Below are positions 8,304 through 17,508 of a stretch of DNA of 64,000 nt, piece after piece (positions within the stretch are counted from its first letter, which is position 1; every line of letters starts with the position of its first letter). The notes below the pieces were generated by a model. The model had not been told where the DNA came from, searched no databases, and saw only the letters and a list, made by a program, of their open reading frames with translations. The DNA is from Myxococcales bacterium (GTDB lineage Bacteria > Myxococcota_A > Polyangia > Haliangiales > Haliangiaceae). The translations under genes were made by a program, and so were the position numbers. The stretch is from positions 591,695 to 655,694 of the forward strand of contig JADJGV010000002.1 in NCBI GenBank assembly GCA_016707895.1, read 5' to 3'.

Positions 8304-9884
8304 ATGCGCGTCCTGCTCGTCCACCCGGCGTTCCCGATCACCTACTGGGGCTTCCAGCACGCGCTGCCGATCATCGACAAGCGCGCGACCCTGCCACCGC
8401 TCGGCCTGATCACCGTCGCCGCGCACCTGCCGCCAGCGGCCGAGGTCCGGCTGGTCGACCTGGCGGTGGCGCCGCTCGACGACGCCACCCTGGCCTGGGC
8501 CGAGGTGGTGCTCATCGGCGGCATGCGCATCCAGGCGCCGTCGATGCACGCGATCATCGCGCGCGCCCGGGCGCTCGGGCGGCGCACCGTCGTCGGCGGG
8601 CCGGCCGCGACCACCGCGCCCGACGAGTTCGCCGACGCCGACGTGGTGTTCGTCGGCGAGGTCGAGGGTCGCGAGCGCGAGCTCTGGGTGGCGATCACCG
8701 GCACCGATCCCCTGCGGGTGCCGGCGCCGACCGACCGCCCGGCGCTTGCGACCGCGCGCCGCCCGCGCTTCGAGCTGCTCGACCTCGCCGCCTACGCGTC
8801 GATGAGCGTGCAGTACTCGCGCGGCTGCCCGTTCCGCTGCGAGTTCTGCGACGTGATCGAGATCTTCGGCCGGGTGCCGCGGGTGAAGTCCCCGGACCAG
8901 GTGATCGACGAGCTGGAGGCGCTGCACCGGCTGGGCTGGCGCGGCACGGTGTTCCTGGTCGACGACAACTTCATCGGCAACCGCCGCGAGGTGGCGATGC
9001 TGCTGCCGGTGCTGGCGGCGTGGCAGGCGGCGCACGATCGGCCGATGGCGCTGTACACCGAGGCGTCGGTCGATCTCGCCGGCGAGCCGGCGCTGCTCGC
9101 CGGGATGGCCGAGGCCGGCTTCGGCGCGGTGTTCCTCGGCATCGAGACGCCGTCGGAGACCGCGCTGCGCGGCATCGGCAAGACCCAGAACCTGCGCCGC
9201 AGCCCGGCCGAGGCGGTGGCGATCCTGGCCCGCGCCGGGCTCGAGGTGATGTCGGGGTTCATCGTCGGCTTCGACTCCGACGACGCCAGCGCGCTGGAGG
9301 CGCAGCGCCGGTTCCTGGCCACCGCGCCGATCCCGCTGGCGATGGTGGGCCTCCTGACCGCGCTGCCCGGCACCGCCCTGTGGAAGCGGCTGGCCAGCGA
9401 GGGGCGGCTGCGCGCCGCCAGCGGCGGCGATCAATACGTGCGCCCGAACTTCGCGCCGGTGATGGACGAGCGCGCGCTGCTCGAGGGCTACGCCGATCTG
9501 CTGGCGGAGATCTACGCGCCCGAGGCGTACCTGGCGCGGTGCCTGGCCCACCTCGCGCTGGCGCCGATCCCCGACACCCGCGTCCGCGCCGGCGGCCCGC
9601 GCATCGCCGCCCGCGCGCTGTGGCAGCTCGGCGTCGCCGGGCCACGGCGCGCGCTGTTCTGGCGGTTGCTGGTGGCCGCGGTGCGCCGGTCGCCGGCGTT
9701 CACGTCGTGGGCGATCGAGAAGGCGATCCAGGGCGAGCACCTGATCCGCTACACCGAGGAGCAGGTCGTGCCGCGGATCCGCGCCGCCGCCGCCGCGCTC
9801 GCGATCGAACCTGCGCCGCCCGTCGCACCGGCGCCCGCGCCGCGGGTCGCGCGTCACGCGCCGCGACCCGTCGCGTCGCACTGA
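8304..9884 (+). CDS. B12-binding radical SAM protein (DUF4070-type C-terminus)
   Basis: MRVLLVHPAFP… followed by a B12-binding-like N-domain. CPFRCEFC is a CxxxCxxC radical-SAM cluster motif. GIETPSETALR is a radical-SAM core block. Confidence 0.75.
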   Translation: MRVLLVHPAFPITYWGFQHALPIIDKRATLPPLGLITVAAHLPPAAEVRLVDLAVAPLDDATLAWAEVVLIGGMRIQAPSMHAIIARARALGRRTVVGGPAATTAPDEFADADVVFVGEVEGRERELWVAITGTDPLRVPAPTDRPALATARRPRFELLDLAAYASMSVQYSRGCPFRCEFCDVIEIFGRVPRVKSPDQVIDELEALHRLGWRGTVFLVDDNFIGNRREVAMLLPVLAAWQAAHDRPMALYTEASVDLAGEPALLAGMAEAGFGAVFLGIETPSETALRGIGKTQNLRRSPAEAVAILARAGLEVMSGFIVGFDSDDASALEAQRRFLATAPIPLAMVGLLTALPGTALWKRLASEGRLRAASGGDQYVRPNFAPVMDERALLEGYADLLAEIYAPEAYLARCLAHLALAPIPDTRVRAGGPRIAARALWQLGVAGPRRALFWRLLVAAVRRSPAFTSWAIEKAIQGEHLIRYTEEQVVPRIRAAAAALAIEPAPPVAPAPAPRVARHAPRPVASH

Positions 9885-9980
9885 CTGTCCCTATTTTGCA
9901 CAGCGGCGAGTCGACGGATCGGGTGGTGTCGACGCGCGCGGCGCGTGATGATCGAGCCAGACTTCCTGAGGAGCTTGCTC

Positions 9981-10709
9981 ATGCGCATCCGCACGTCGAC
10001 GCTGACCGTCGTGTTCTTGCTGGGGGCCGCCGCCACGGCCCACGCCCAGGCGGCCCCGGCCAAGGGCTTCGTCGAGCTGGGCCTCGGCTACGGCTACGGG
10101 CTGTCCACCAGCGACTTCCTCGAGGTCGATCAGGGGACCAAGCTCGACAGCCCGCACTCGAGCGGGCCCGCGCTCGATCTCGCCGGCGGCTACGCGTTCG
10201 CGCCCAACCTCGCGGTCTTCGGCGATCTGCAGTGGGCCTACGCCTCGACGATCACCGGGCAGAACGACAACGGCGAGACCCAGCAATACACGGTCGACTA
10301 CACCAGCCTCGGGGTCGGGCTGCGCACCAGCGCGCCGATCGGCCCGGGCGAGGTCTACGCCCAGCTCGCGCTCGGCGCGGTGTTCCCGTTCGAGACCGAG
10401 CGTGTCCAGCACATGACCAACAACGAGTCGCGCACGACGACCATCGGCTACAACAGCGGCCTCGGCGCCCGCGGCGAGCTCGGCTACCACTACCAGCTCA
10501 ACCACCGCGTCTACCTGCTCGGCGGGGTGCGGGTGCAGGCGTTCGCCACCGACAACGTCGGCCGCGAGCGGGTGCGGGTCGATCAGCCCAGCGGCAACGT
10601 CGACCGCGAGACCTACAGCACCGATCCCAACGCGCCGAACACGTCGCGCGCGGAGGCGCTGTCGGTCCAGGACCTGCGGTTGCGCATCGGCGTCGGCGTC
10701 CGGTTCTGA
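9981..10709 (+). CDS. outer-membrane beta-barrel protein
   Basis: RBS GAGGAG, then ATG 9981 gives MRIRTSTLTVVFLLGAAATAHA, a signal peptide. Alternating Gly/aromatic beta-strand pattern. C-terminal RIGVGVRF (terminal Phe). Confidence 0.6.
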   Translation: MRIRTSTLTVVFLLGAAATAHAQAAPAKGFVELGLGYGYGLSTSDFLEVDQGTKLDSPHSSGPALDLAGGYAFAPNLAVFGDLQWAYASTITGQNDNGETQQYTVDYTSLGVGLRTSAPIGPGEVYAQLALGAVFPFETERVQHMTNNESRTTTIGYNSGLGARGELGYHYQLNHRVYLLGGVRVQAFATDNVGRERVRVDQPSGNVDRETYSTDPNAPNTSRAEALSVQDLRLRIGVGVRF

Positions 10710-10737
10710 GTGCCAGGGCGCCGCGCGACGGCGGCGC

Positions 10738-11529
10738 TCACGGCGCGGTGGCGCGGACGCAGCGCGCCCGGGCGGCGAGGGTGAAGCCGCCGCGCGGCGC
10801 GCCCAGCCGGCGCGCGAGGTCGTCGCGGAGGCGATCGCGCTGGGCGGCGGGGAGCGCCACGCAGTACGCGCCCGCCGGGCCGACGCCGGCCAGGAAGCCG
10901 GCCCACAGCGCGTCGAAGTCGTCGTAGGCGGCCTCGACGTCGAGCAGCGTCTCGTCGATCGTCTGCATCCCCGCGTCGGCGAACAGCGCCGCGATCTCGC
11001 CGGCGCGGCCAAAGCGCAGCACGCGGGCCTCGTCGGGCGCGCCCGGATCGACCGCCATCGCCGCGTCCCAGAACAGCCGCAGCATCTGCATCCCCTCGGC
11101 GAAGTCCCAGACGCACGCCGCGATCGTGCCGCCGGGGCGCACCACGCGGCGCAGCTCACGCGCGGCCGCCGCGGGGTCGCCGACGAAGTGCAAGACCAGC
11201 TGGGCCAGCGCGACGTCGAAGGCGTGGTCGCGATGCGGGATCGCCTCGGCGCGCCCAGCCTGGACGTCGACCCCGGGGTGGCGCGCAGCGCACGCGGCCA
11301 CGAACGGCGGCGACGGATCGATCGCCGCGACCGCGCCGGCGCCGAGCCGCGTCACCAGCTCGGTCGTCAGCGCCCCCGGGCCGCAGCCGACGTCGAGCGC
11401 GCGCTGGCCGGCGGCCACGCCGGCGACGTCGGCGAACCGCGGGGCGAGCGGCCGGGCGTAGCGCCCCATGAACCCGTCGTACGCGGCCCCGCCGGCCTGG
11501 AACATCGCCGACGCGTCGGAGGCAGCCAT
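10738..11529 (-). CDS. class I SAM-dependent methyltransferase
   Basis: Motif I LDVGCGPG and post-I acidic block. Motif LRPGG. Confidence 0.7.
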   Translation of the reverse strand: MAASDASAMFQAGGAAYDGFMGRYARPLAPRFADVAGVAAGQRALDVGCGPGALTTELVTRLGAGAVAAIDPSPPFVAACAARHPGVDVQAGRAEAIPHRDHAFDVALAQLVLHFVGDPAAAARELRRVVRPGGTIAACVWDFAEGMQMLRLFWDAAMAVDPGAPDEARVLRFGRAGEIAALFADAGMQTIDETLLDVEAAYDDFDALWAGFLAGVGPAGAYCVALPAAQRDRLRDDLARRLGAPRGGFTLAARARCVRATAP

Positions 11530-11582
11530 GGGCGGATGCTACCCCCGGGCGGCCACCGCCGCGCGTAGTAAGGTGTGGCGTG

Positions 11583-12167
11583 ATGCGCAAGACCTCGATC
11601 GCCTGGCTCGCGGTGGTGTGCGCGTGCGGCGGCGACGCGGCGACGCCCGACGCGGGCCCCGACGCCGCCGGCGGCCCCGACGCCGCGCTGCCGACCGCCT
11701 GCGACGGCGCGTGCCGCACGACGGCGCTCACCGCGCGGTTCGGCGCGACGACCCGGACCTTCGACCGCGCCGTCTACGGCGTGACCGCGACCGCCGGCCA
11801 GCCGCCGACGCTGCACGTCGAGGCGTACCGGGGCGGCCCCGCGGGCTGCCCGACCGCGTCGTCGCCGACGCCGGACTACACGCTGGTGCTCGGCGAGCTG
11901 GCGGTGCCGACGACGACCGCGGCGGCCGCGACCACGGCCAACGTCCTCGACTTCGTCGGCGATCTGCTGGGCGGTCCGCTCGGCGCCGCCGCCACCGCGG
12001 CCACCGCGACGCCGGTCGCGCTCGACGTATGCCCGGCGTGCGTCGGCCAGCCGGCCCCGGCCGATCCCGACGGGCTGGTCGCGCTCGACCTCACGGCGAC
12101 GTTCGCCGCCGGCACCGTCACCGGCCACCTGTTCGCGACGCACTGCGACTCGCTCGACACGATGTAG
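11583..12167 (+). CDS. lipoprotein, hypothetical
   Basis: MMRKTSIAWLAVVCACGG lipobox. Pro/Ala/Thr-rich, Cys-containing. Confidence 0.5.
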   Translation: MRKTSIAWLAVVCACGGDAATPDAGPDAAGGPDAALPTACDGACRTTALTARFGATTRTFDRAVYGVTATAGQPPTLHVEAYRGGPAGCPTASSPTPDYTLVLGELAVPTTTAAAATTANVLDFVGDLLGGPLGAAATAATATPVALDVCPACVGQPAPADPDGLVALDLTATFAAGTVTGHLFATHCDSLDTM

Positions 12168-12169
12168 CG

Positions 12170-12787
12170 ATGTCGGACGATCGATCCTACTGGGAGCGCC
12201 ACGCGCGCCGCTACGATCGCTCGACGCGGTTCCTCGGGCGGCCGCTGCCGCGCGCGCTGGCGCTGGCGGCCGCCGCGGTGCGCGGCCGCGCCGACGTGCT
12301 CGAGCTGGCGGCCGGCACCGGCGCGTTCACCGCGGCGATCGCGCCCGAGGTCGGCGCGCTGATCGCCACCGACTACGCGCAGGCCATGGTCGACGCGCTG
12401 GCGGCCCGGGTCCGCGCCGCCGGCTTGACCAACGTCACCTGCGCCCGGGCCGACCTGTACGAGCTGCCGTACCCGGCGGCCCGCTTCGACGCGGTGGTCG
12501 CGGCCAACGTGCTGCACCTGGTGCCGGACCTGCCGGCGGCGCTGGCCAGCGTGCGTCGGGTGCTGCGGCCCGACGGCGTGCTGGTGGCGCCGACGTACCT
12601 GCACCGCGGCACGTTCACCGCGGCGGCGCTGTCTCGCGTCATGGCCGTCACGGGCTTCCCCGGCCACCGGCGGTTCGACGCGGTGGGGCTCGCCGCGGCG
12701 CTGGCCGCCGCAGGCTTCGCCGTCGTCGCGGCCGAGACGATCCCCGGTCCGTTGCCGATCGGCCACGTCGTCGCCGCGATCCGGTGA
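12170..12787 (+). CDS. class I SAM-dependent methyltransferase
   Basis: Starts 3 nt after the upstream stop. VLELAAGTGAF is motif I and LRPDG is motif II/III. It is the tail of track ORF 11468..12787. Confidence 0.7.
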   Translation: MSDDRSYWERHARRYDRSTRFLGRPLPRALALAAAAVRGRADVLELAAGTGAFTAAIAPEVGALIATDYAQAMVDALAARVRAAGLTNVTCARADLYELPYPAARFDAVVAANVLHLVPDLPAALASVRRVLRPDGVLVAPTYLHRGTFTAAALSRVMAVTGFPGHRRFDAVGLAAALAAAGFAVVAAETIPGPLPIGHVVAAIR

Positions 12788-12802
12788 GCCGCATCGCGCC
12801 GA

Positions 12803-13336
12803 TCAGAAGGTCGCGAAGTCGAAGCCGGCCGAGGCCCCGAGCGCGGCGGTGTCGCCGAGGTCGGGCGCCAGCAGCCCGCCGACGACCGTGAGCCCGCCGC
12901 GGCGCAGGCCGACGCCGAGCGACGCGCCCAGCTCGGTCTGGGTGTCGGCGCCATCGCCGACCCCGGTGTCGACCGCGGCGTGGGCGATCGTCACGCCGAG
13001 CTCGGCGGCGACGAACAGGCCGCTCGCGCCGAGCGGCATCCGCACGCCGGCCCAGATCGGGACGTAGATCAGGCTGGCGCCGTCGACCTTCATCGCGTGC
13101 AGCAGCGCGCCGGCGCGGACCGTCGCGACCGCGGGTCCGGCGGGGAACGCGGCCCGGCCCATCGCGCCGGCCGCGACGCTGGCGACGTCGGCGTAGTCGC
13201 CGATCGGCAGGGCGACCACGGCGTCGACGCCGAGCGCGCGCGCGGGTGGTGGCGCGTCGGCGCGGGCGTCGCTGGCGCTGACAGCGGCGAGGGCGAAGGT
13301 GAGGGCGATCATGGTGAGGGTGGGCGTGGCGTTCAT
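12803..13336 (-). CDS. small secreted/outer-membrane beta-barrel-like protein
   Basis: Signal peptide MNATPTLTMIALTFALAAVSASDARA. Gly/Ala/Val-rich amphipathic strands. C-terminal FDFATF. Confidence 0.5.
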   Translation of the reverse strand: MNATPTLTMIALTFALAAVSASDARADAPPPARALGVDAVVALPIGDYADVASVAAGAMGRAAFPAGPAVATVRAGALLHAMKVDGASLIYVPIWAGVRMPLGASGLFVAAELGVTIAHAAVDTGVGDGADTQTELGASLGVGLRRGGLTVVGGLLAPDLGDTAALGASAGFDFATF

Positions 13337-13451
13337 GGGGTCCTCTCGAAGACGGCCGGCGAGGTCATCGTCGTGGCCTTCTACGGCCGCCCCCCGCCGC
13401 GCTGCGACATCACCCCGACATCACCGCGATCGCGGCAACGCGCCACGGGAC

Positions 13452-14048
13452 ATGGCCCACCGCGAGGCTCACACTGATGGCGAGGCCGCTGCCATGTGGT
13501 TCGCGCACGTGCTCACGCTGTCGCGGATCCCGATCGCCCTCGGGTTCTGGTGGACCTATGGCGATCGGCGGTGGTCGATCGCGCTGCTGGTGCTGGCGGC
13601 GCTGACCGACGCGGTCGACGGGGCGGTCGCGCGCTGGTCGCGCCGGCGCACCGGGATCACCGCGCCGTCGGCCGGCGAGTGGCTCGATCCGCTGGCCGAC
13701 AAGGTGTTCGTGCTGGTCGCGATCGCGGCGGTGCAGCACCACGACCCCGCGCCCTGGCCGCTGGTCGCGCTGATCGTCGCGCGCGAGCTGGTGCTGATCC
13801 CGCTGGCCACGGTGTACCGCCTCGCGGTCCACGGTCGCGGCGCCCACGCGTTCCAGGCCGCCGCCATCGGCAAGGCCGCGACCGTGGCCGAGGTGGCCGC
13901 GCTCGGCGCGCTGGTGATCTACCGTCCGGCGCTGCCGCCGCTGGCGATCGTCGCCGGCGTCCTCGGCGTGGCCGCCGCGGCGCGCTACGTGTTGCGGGCG
14001 CGCCACGTGCGCCGCGACGCCGCGGTCACGACGGCGCCGCCCATCTGA
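13452..14048 (+). CDS. CDP-alcohol phosphatidyltransferase family membrane protein
   Basis: DAVDGAVAR…GEWLDPLADK matches D-G-x2-A-R…G-x3-D-x3-D. Multiple TM helices. An alternative start at ATG 13494 (MWFAHV…) is plausible. The track ORF starts at 13299 with a junk leader. Confidence 0.65.
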   Translation: MAHREAHTDGEAAAMWFAHVLTLSRIPIALGFWWTYGDRRWSIALLVLAALTDAVDGAVARWSRRRTGITAPSAGEWLDPLADKVFVLVAIAAVQHHDPAPWPLVALIVARELVLIPLATVYRLAVHGRGAHAFQAAAIGKAATVAEVAALGALVIYRPALPPLAIVAGVLGVAAAARYVLRARHVRRDAAVTTAPPI

Positions 14049-15129
14049 CGCCGGCGGCCGAGATCTCCTGGTACCACGGCAGCCCCCAGCGACCGGGCTT
14101 GATCACCAGCTCGACCTCGCGGCGCGCCTCGGCGGCGTTGCACAGCTCGTGCACCACCTGGATCTGCGACGGCAGGTCGAAGCGATCGGGCGTCGGGCGG
14201 CCGCCCAACCACAGGTGGTACGAGTAGCTCTTGCTGCCGCGCTTGCCGCGGTGCTCGCGCACCTCGCAGCGGTCGATCGGCGCGGTCAGCCGCACCGCCG
14301 GGGCGTCGTCGAGCGCGCGGTTGGTGTCACCGAGCACCTGGATGCTGGCCACCGGCAGGCCCAGGGTCAGCACCACGGCGCTCTCGATCAGCACCCGGTG
14401 GCCGCGCGACGAGCCGCGCAGCACCAGCCAGGTGACGCCGACCAGGGCCAGCAGCGCCACCGCCGCGACCCCGAGGCCGGTCGCGATCACCTGGCCGGGG
14501 TACACGTGGACGTCCTCGCGGTGGATCACGACCTCGGCGAACGCGCCGACCGCGTAGCCGAACATCGCCCACACGACGCCCTCGATCAGCAGCGCCTTCC
14601 ACAGGAACGGATCGGCGAACCAGCGGCGCGGCGTGTGCTCGATCGGCGCGCTGGCGCGCTGCAGCCGCAGCAGCGCGTCGAGCTGCTCGTCGGTGGGCTC
14701 GGAGCCGCTGAGTTGATCGATCCACACGGTCGCGCCGTCGTAGCGGACCGACGACGCCCCCAGGTCCAGCGCCGCGACCACGGCCGCGCGCAGGTCGGGC
14801 GACGCCGCCACCAGCTCGGTCACCGCCGGGTGATCGCACGTCAGGTAGACGCGGTCGTCGAACCGCGCGTCGCCGGTCTGCAGCTCGTTGGCCACGCCGA
14901 CCCGCTTGAAGAAGCGATCGAGCTTGCTCTCGGCGTGCATGCGCACCCAGGTCGGCGACGGCGCGGCCATGCCGATCGTCACCGCGGTGACCCGCTTCTT
15001 GTCGCGGTGCTCCTGCAGGTAGTACCCCTCGCCGAGGTGGTGGCCGTGGACCGCCGGCGGCGATCGCCGCCGCCACTGCCGGACCGCGAACCCGATCACC
15101 GCCAGCACGAGCCGGATCAGCAGCCACAT
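14026..15129 (-). CDS. membrane protein, hypothetical
   Basis: 367-aa ORF with an N-terminal TM helix (MWLLIRLVLAVIGFAV) and later TM segments. Native codon usage. Confidence 0.5.
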   Translation of the reverse strand: MWLLIRLVLAVIGFAVRQWRRRSPPAVHGHHLGEGYYLQEHRDKKRVTAVTIGMAAPSPTWVRMHAESKLDRFFKRVGVANELQTGDARFDDRVYLTCDHPAVTELVAASPDLRAAVVAALDLGASSVRYDGATVWIDQLSGSEPTDEQLDALLRLQRASAPIEHTPRRWFADPFLWKALLIEGVVWAMFGYAVGAFAEVVIHREDVHVYPGQVIATGLGVAAVALLALVGVTWLVLRGSSRGHRVLIESAVVLTLGLPVASIQVLGDTNRALDDAPAVRLTAPIDRCEVREHRGKRGSKSYSYHLWLGGRPTPDRFDLPSQIQVVHELCNAAEARREVELVIKPGRWGLPWYQEISAAGVRWAAPS

Positions 15130-15185
15130 CGTCGAAGCAGTCTAGTCGACTTTGGCCTGCATCCGCGGGGCGCTACGCTGCGCCC

Positions 15186-15743
15186 ATGATCAAGATCGCC
15201 ATCATCGTCGGCAGCACCCGCCCCGGTCGCAAGGCGCCCGCCGTCGCGCAGTGGGTGTACGACGCCGCCAGCCAGCGCACCGACGCCAGCTTCGAGATCG
15301 TCGACCTGCTGGCCTACGACCTGCCGCTGCTCGACGAGCCGATGCCGCCCGCCATGGGCAAGTACACCAAGCCGCACACGATGGCGTGGTCGGCCAAGAT
15401 CGCCGCGTTCGACGGCTACGTGTTCGTCACCCCCGAGTACAACCACGGCCCGTCGGGCGCGCTCAAGAACGCCATCGACTTCCTGTACCGCGAGTGGAAC
15501 AACAAGGCGGCCGGCTTCGTCGCCTACGGCAGCGCCGGCGGCACCCGCGCGGTCGAGCAGTTGCGGCTGATCATGGCCGAGTTGCAGATCGCCGACGTCC
15601 GCGGCCAGGTCGCGCTGTCGCTGTACACCGACTTCGAGAACTTCGCGACGTTCAAGCCGGCCCCGGTCCACACCAAGCCGCTGGCCGCGATGCTCGATCA
15701 GGTCGTGGCCTGGGCCACCGCGCTGAAGCCGCTGCGCGGCTGA
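15186..15743 (+). CDS. NAD(P)H-dependent FMN reductase
   Basis: MIKIAIIVGSTRPGR…FVTPEYNHGPSGALKNAIDFL is the canonical NADPH-dependent FMN reductase family signature. Confidence 0.75.
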   Translation: MIKIAIIVGSTRPGRKAPAVAQWVYDAASQRTDASFEIVDLLAYDLPLLDEPMPPAMGKYTKPHTMAWSAKIAAFDGYVFVTPEYNHGPSGALKNAIDFLYREWNNKAAGFVAYGSAGGTRAVEQLRLIMAELQIADVRGQVALSLYTDFENFATFKPAPVHTKPLAAMLDQVVAWATALKPLRG

Positions 15744-15766
15744 TCGCCGGCGCGCGCCGCGCGCGC

Positions 15767-16660
15767 TCAGTAGTACCAGGGGAACGGCGAGTAGTCCTGC
15801 TTGCGCTTCTCGAGGAACGCGTCGCGGCCCTCCTGCGCCTCGTCGGTCCCGTAGGCCAGGCGCGTCGCCTCGCCGGCGAACAGCTGCTGGCCGACCAGGC
15901 CGTCGTCGCACAGGTTGAACGCGTACTTCAGCATGCGCTGGGCGGTCGGGCTCTTGGCGTTGATCTCGGCGGCCCACTCGAGCGCGACCCGCTCGAGGTC
16001 GGCGTGCGGCACCACCGCGTTGGCCATGCCCATGTCCGCGGCCTCTTGCCCCGAGTAGGTGCGGCCGAGGAAGAAGATCTCGCGCGCCTTCTTCTGCCCG
16101 ACCATCCGCGCCAGGTACGCCGAGCCGTAGCCGCCGTCGAAGCTGGCGACGTCGGCGTCGGTCTGCTTGAACTTCGCGTGCTCGGCGCTGGCCAGGGTCA
16201 GGTCGCACACGACGTGCAAGCTGTGGCCGCCGCCGACCGCCCAGCCGTTGACCACCGCGATCACCACCTTGGGCATGAACCGGATCAGCCGCTGCACCTC
16301 GAGGATGTGCAGCCGGCCCAGGCGCGCGGCGTCGACGACGCCCTCGCCCTCCTGGTACTGGTAGCCGGCCTTGCCGCGGATGCGCTGGTCGCCGCCCGAG
16401 CAGAACGCCCAGCCGCCGTCCTTGGCCGACGGGCCGTTGCCGGTGAGCAGCACCGTGCCGACGTCGCTGGTCTGGCGCGCGTGATCGAGCGCGGCGTACA
16501 GCTCGTCGACGGTCTTGGGCCGGAACGCGTTGCGCACCTCGGGGCGGTTGAACGCGATGCGCACCGTGCCCTGGCCGACGGCCCGGTGGTAGGTGAGGTC
16601 GGTGAACGCGAAGCCGGGGACGGCGGTCCAGCGAGTCGGATCGAAGATGGCGCTCGGCAT
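15767..16660 (-). CDS. menB: 1,4-dihydroxy-2-naphthoyl-CoA synthase
   Basis: 297-aa tail of track ORF 15767..17041, with ATG at 16658-16660. AFCSGGDQRIRGKAGY is a MenB crotonase-fold motif. C-terminal DYSPFPWYY. Confidence 0.8.
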   Translation of the reverse strand: MPSAIFDPTRWTAVPGFAFTDLTYHRAVGQGTVRIAFNRPEVRNAFRPKTVDELYAALDHARQTSDVGTVLLTGNGPSAKDGGWAFCSGGDQRIRGKAGYQYQEGEGVVDAARLGRLHILEVQRLIRFMPKVVIAVVNGWAVGGGHSLHVVCDLTLASAEHAKFKQTDADVASFDGGYGSAYLARMVGQKKAREIFFLGRTYSGQEAADMGMANAVVPHADLERVALEWAAEINAKSPTAQRMLKYAFNLCDDGLVGQQLFAGEATRLAYGTDEAQEGRDAFLEKRKQDYSPFPWYY

Positions 16661-16723
16661 GCCGTTCCTTACCACGGGCGCATCGGGCGCCCGCGCCGGT
16701 GGCCGCGTGCGACAGTCCGGGTG

Positions 16724-17179
16724 ATGCCGACCCTGATCCCGGTCGCCCACGACGACCCGCGGCTCGATCGCCTGCTGCAGCTGTACATGCACGAGTGGAG
16801 CGCGCTGGTCGCGACGCCGATCGACGCCGACGCGCGCTACCGCTACCCCGACCTGCCGGACTGGGAGGATCGCGTCGACCACGCGGCGTACCTGGTCGTC
16901 GCCGACGCCGCGCCGCAGGGCTTCGCGCTGATCGCGCGCGACCCGGCCGGCACCTGGCACGTCGAGGAGTTCTTCGTGATCGCCGGCGCGCGGCGGCGCG
17001 GGCTGGGCGATCGCGCGGCGCGCGCGCTGTTCGCGGCGCACCCCGGCGCGTGGACCTGGACGGTGCGGCCCGAGAACCCGGCGGCGCTGGCGTTCTGGCG
17101 GCGGGTGGCGCCGACCGCGACGGTGACACCCGAGCCCGGCGACGACGGCATCGTCCGCACCCGCATGAGGCTGGGGTGA
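16724..17179 (+). CDS. GNAT-family N-acetyltransferase
   Basis: Tail of track ORF 15152..17179. FVIAGARRRGLGDRAARALF is an acetyl-CoA-binding R/Q-x-x-G-x-G/A motif. Confidence 0.6.
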   Translation: MPTLIPVAHDDPRLDRLLQLYMHEWSALVATPIDADARYRYPDLPDWEDRVDHAAYLVVADAAPQGFALIARDPAGTWHVEEFFVIAGARRRGLGDRAARALFAAHPGAWTWTVRPENPAALAFWRRVAPTATVTPEPGDDGIVRTRMRLG

Positions 17180-17505
17180 GCGACGCGCCCGCCTGCGGCC
17201 ACCCGCTGTGCGCGCTGATCGGCGGCGGCTGCAGCCTGGCCGCGGGCGTGTCGCGCGGCTGCCGCGCCGGGCCGCCTCCGGACCGCGCGATCGCGGCGGC
17301 GGTGATCGACGAGGTGCGCGGGCTGCTGGGCGCGCTCGATCCGGAGCTCCCCGACGCCGCGCGGCGCGCCGCGGCCGCGCAGCTGGCCCGGATCATCCGC
17401 CGCGAGGCGCGCGAGGATCGCAGCCTGCTGGTGCTGGCCGCCGACGGCGACCTCGAGCCGGCGCTGGCCGAGCGCCTCACCGCGCTGTGCCGCCGCGCCC
17501 GTTGA
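17176..17505 (+). CDS. hypothetical small protein
   Basis: GTG start overlaps the upstream stop (GTGA). 109 aa with high third-position GC. No motif. Confidence 0.3.
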   Translation: MSDAPACGHPLCALIGGGCSLAAGVSRGCRAGPPPDRAIAAAVIDEVRGLLGALDPELPDAARRAAAAQLARIIRREAREDRSLLVLAADGDLEPALAERLTALCRRAR

Positions 17506-17508
17506 GGA

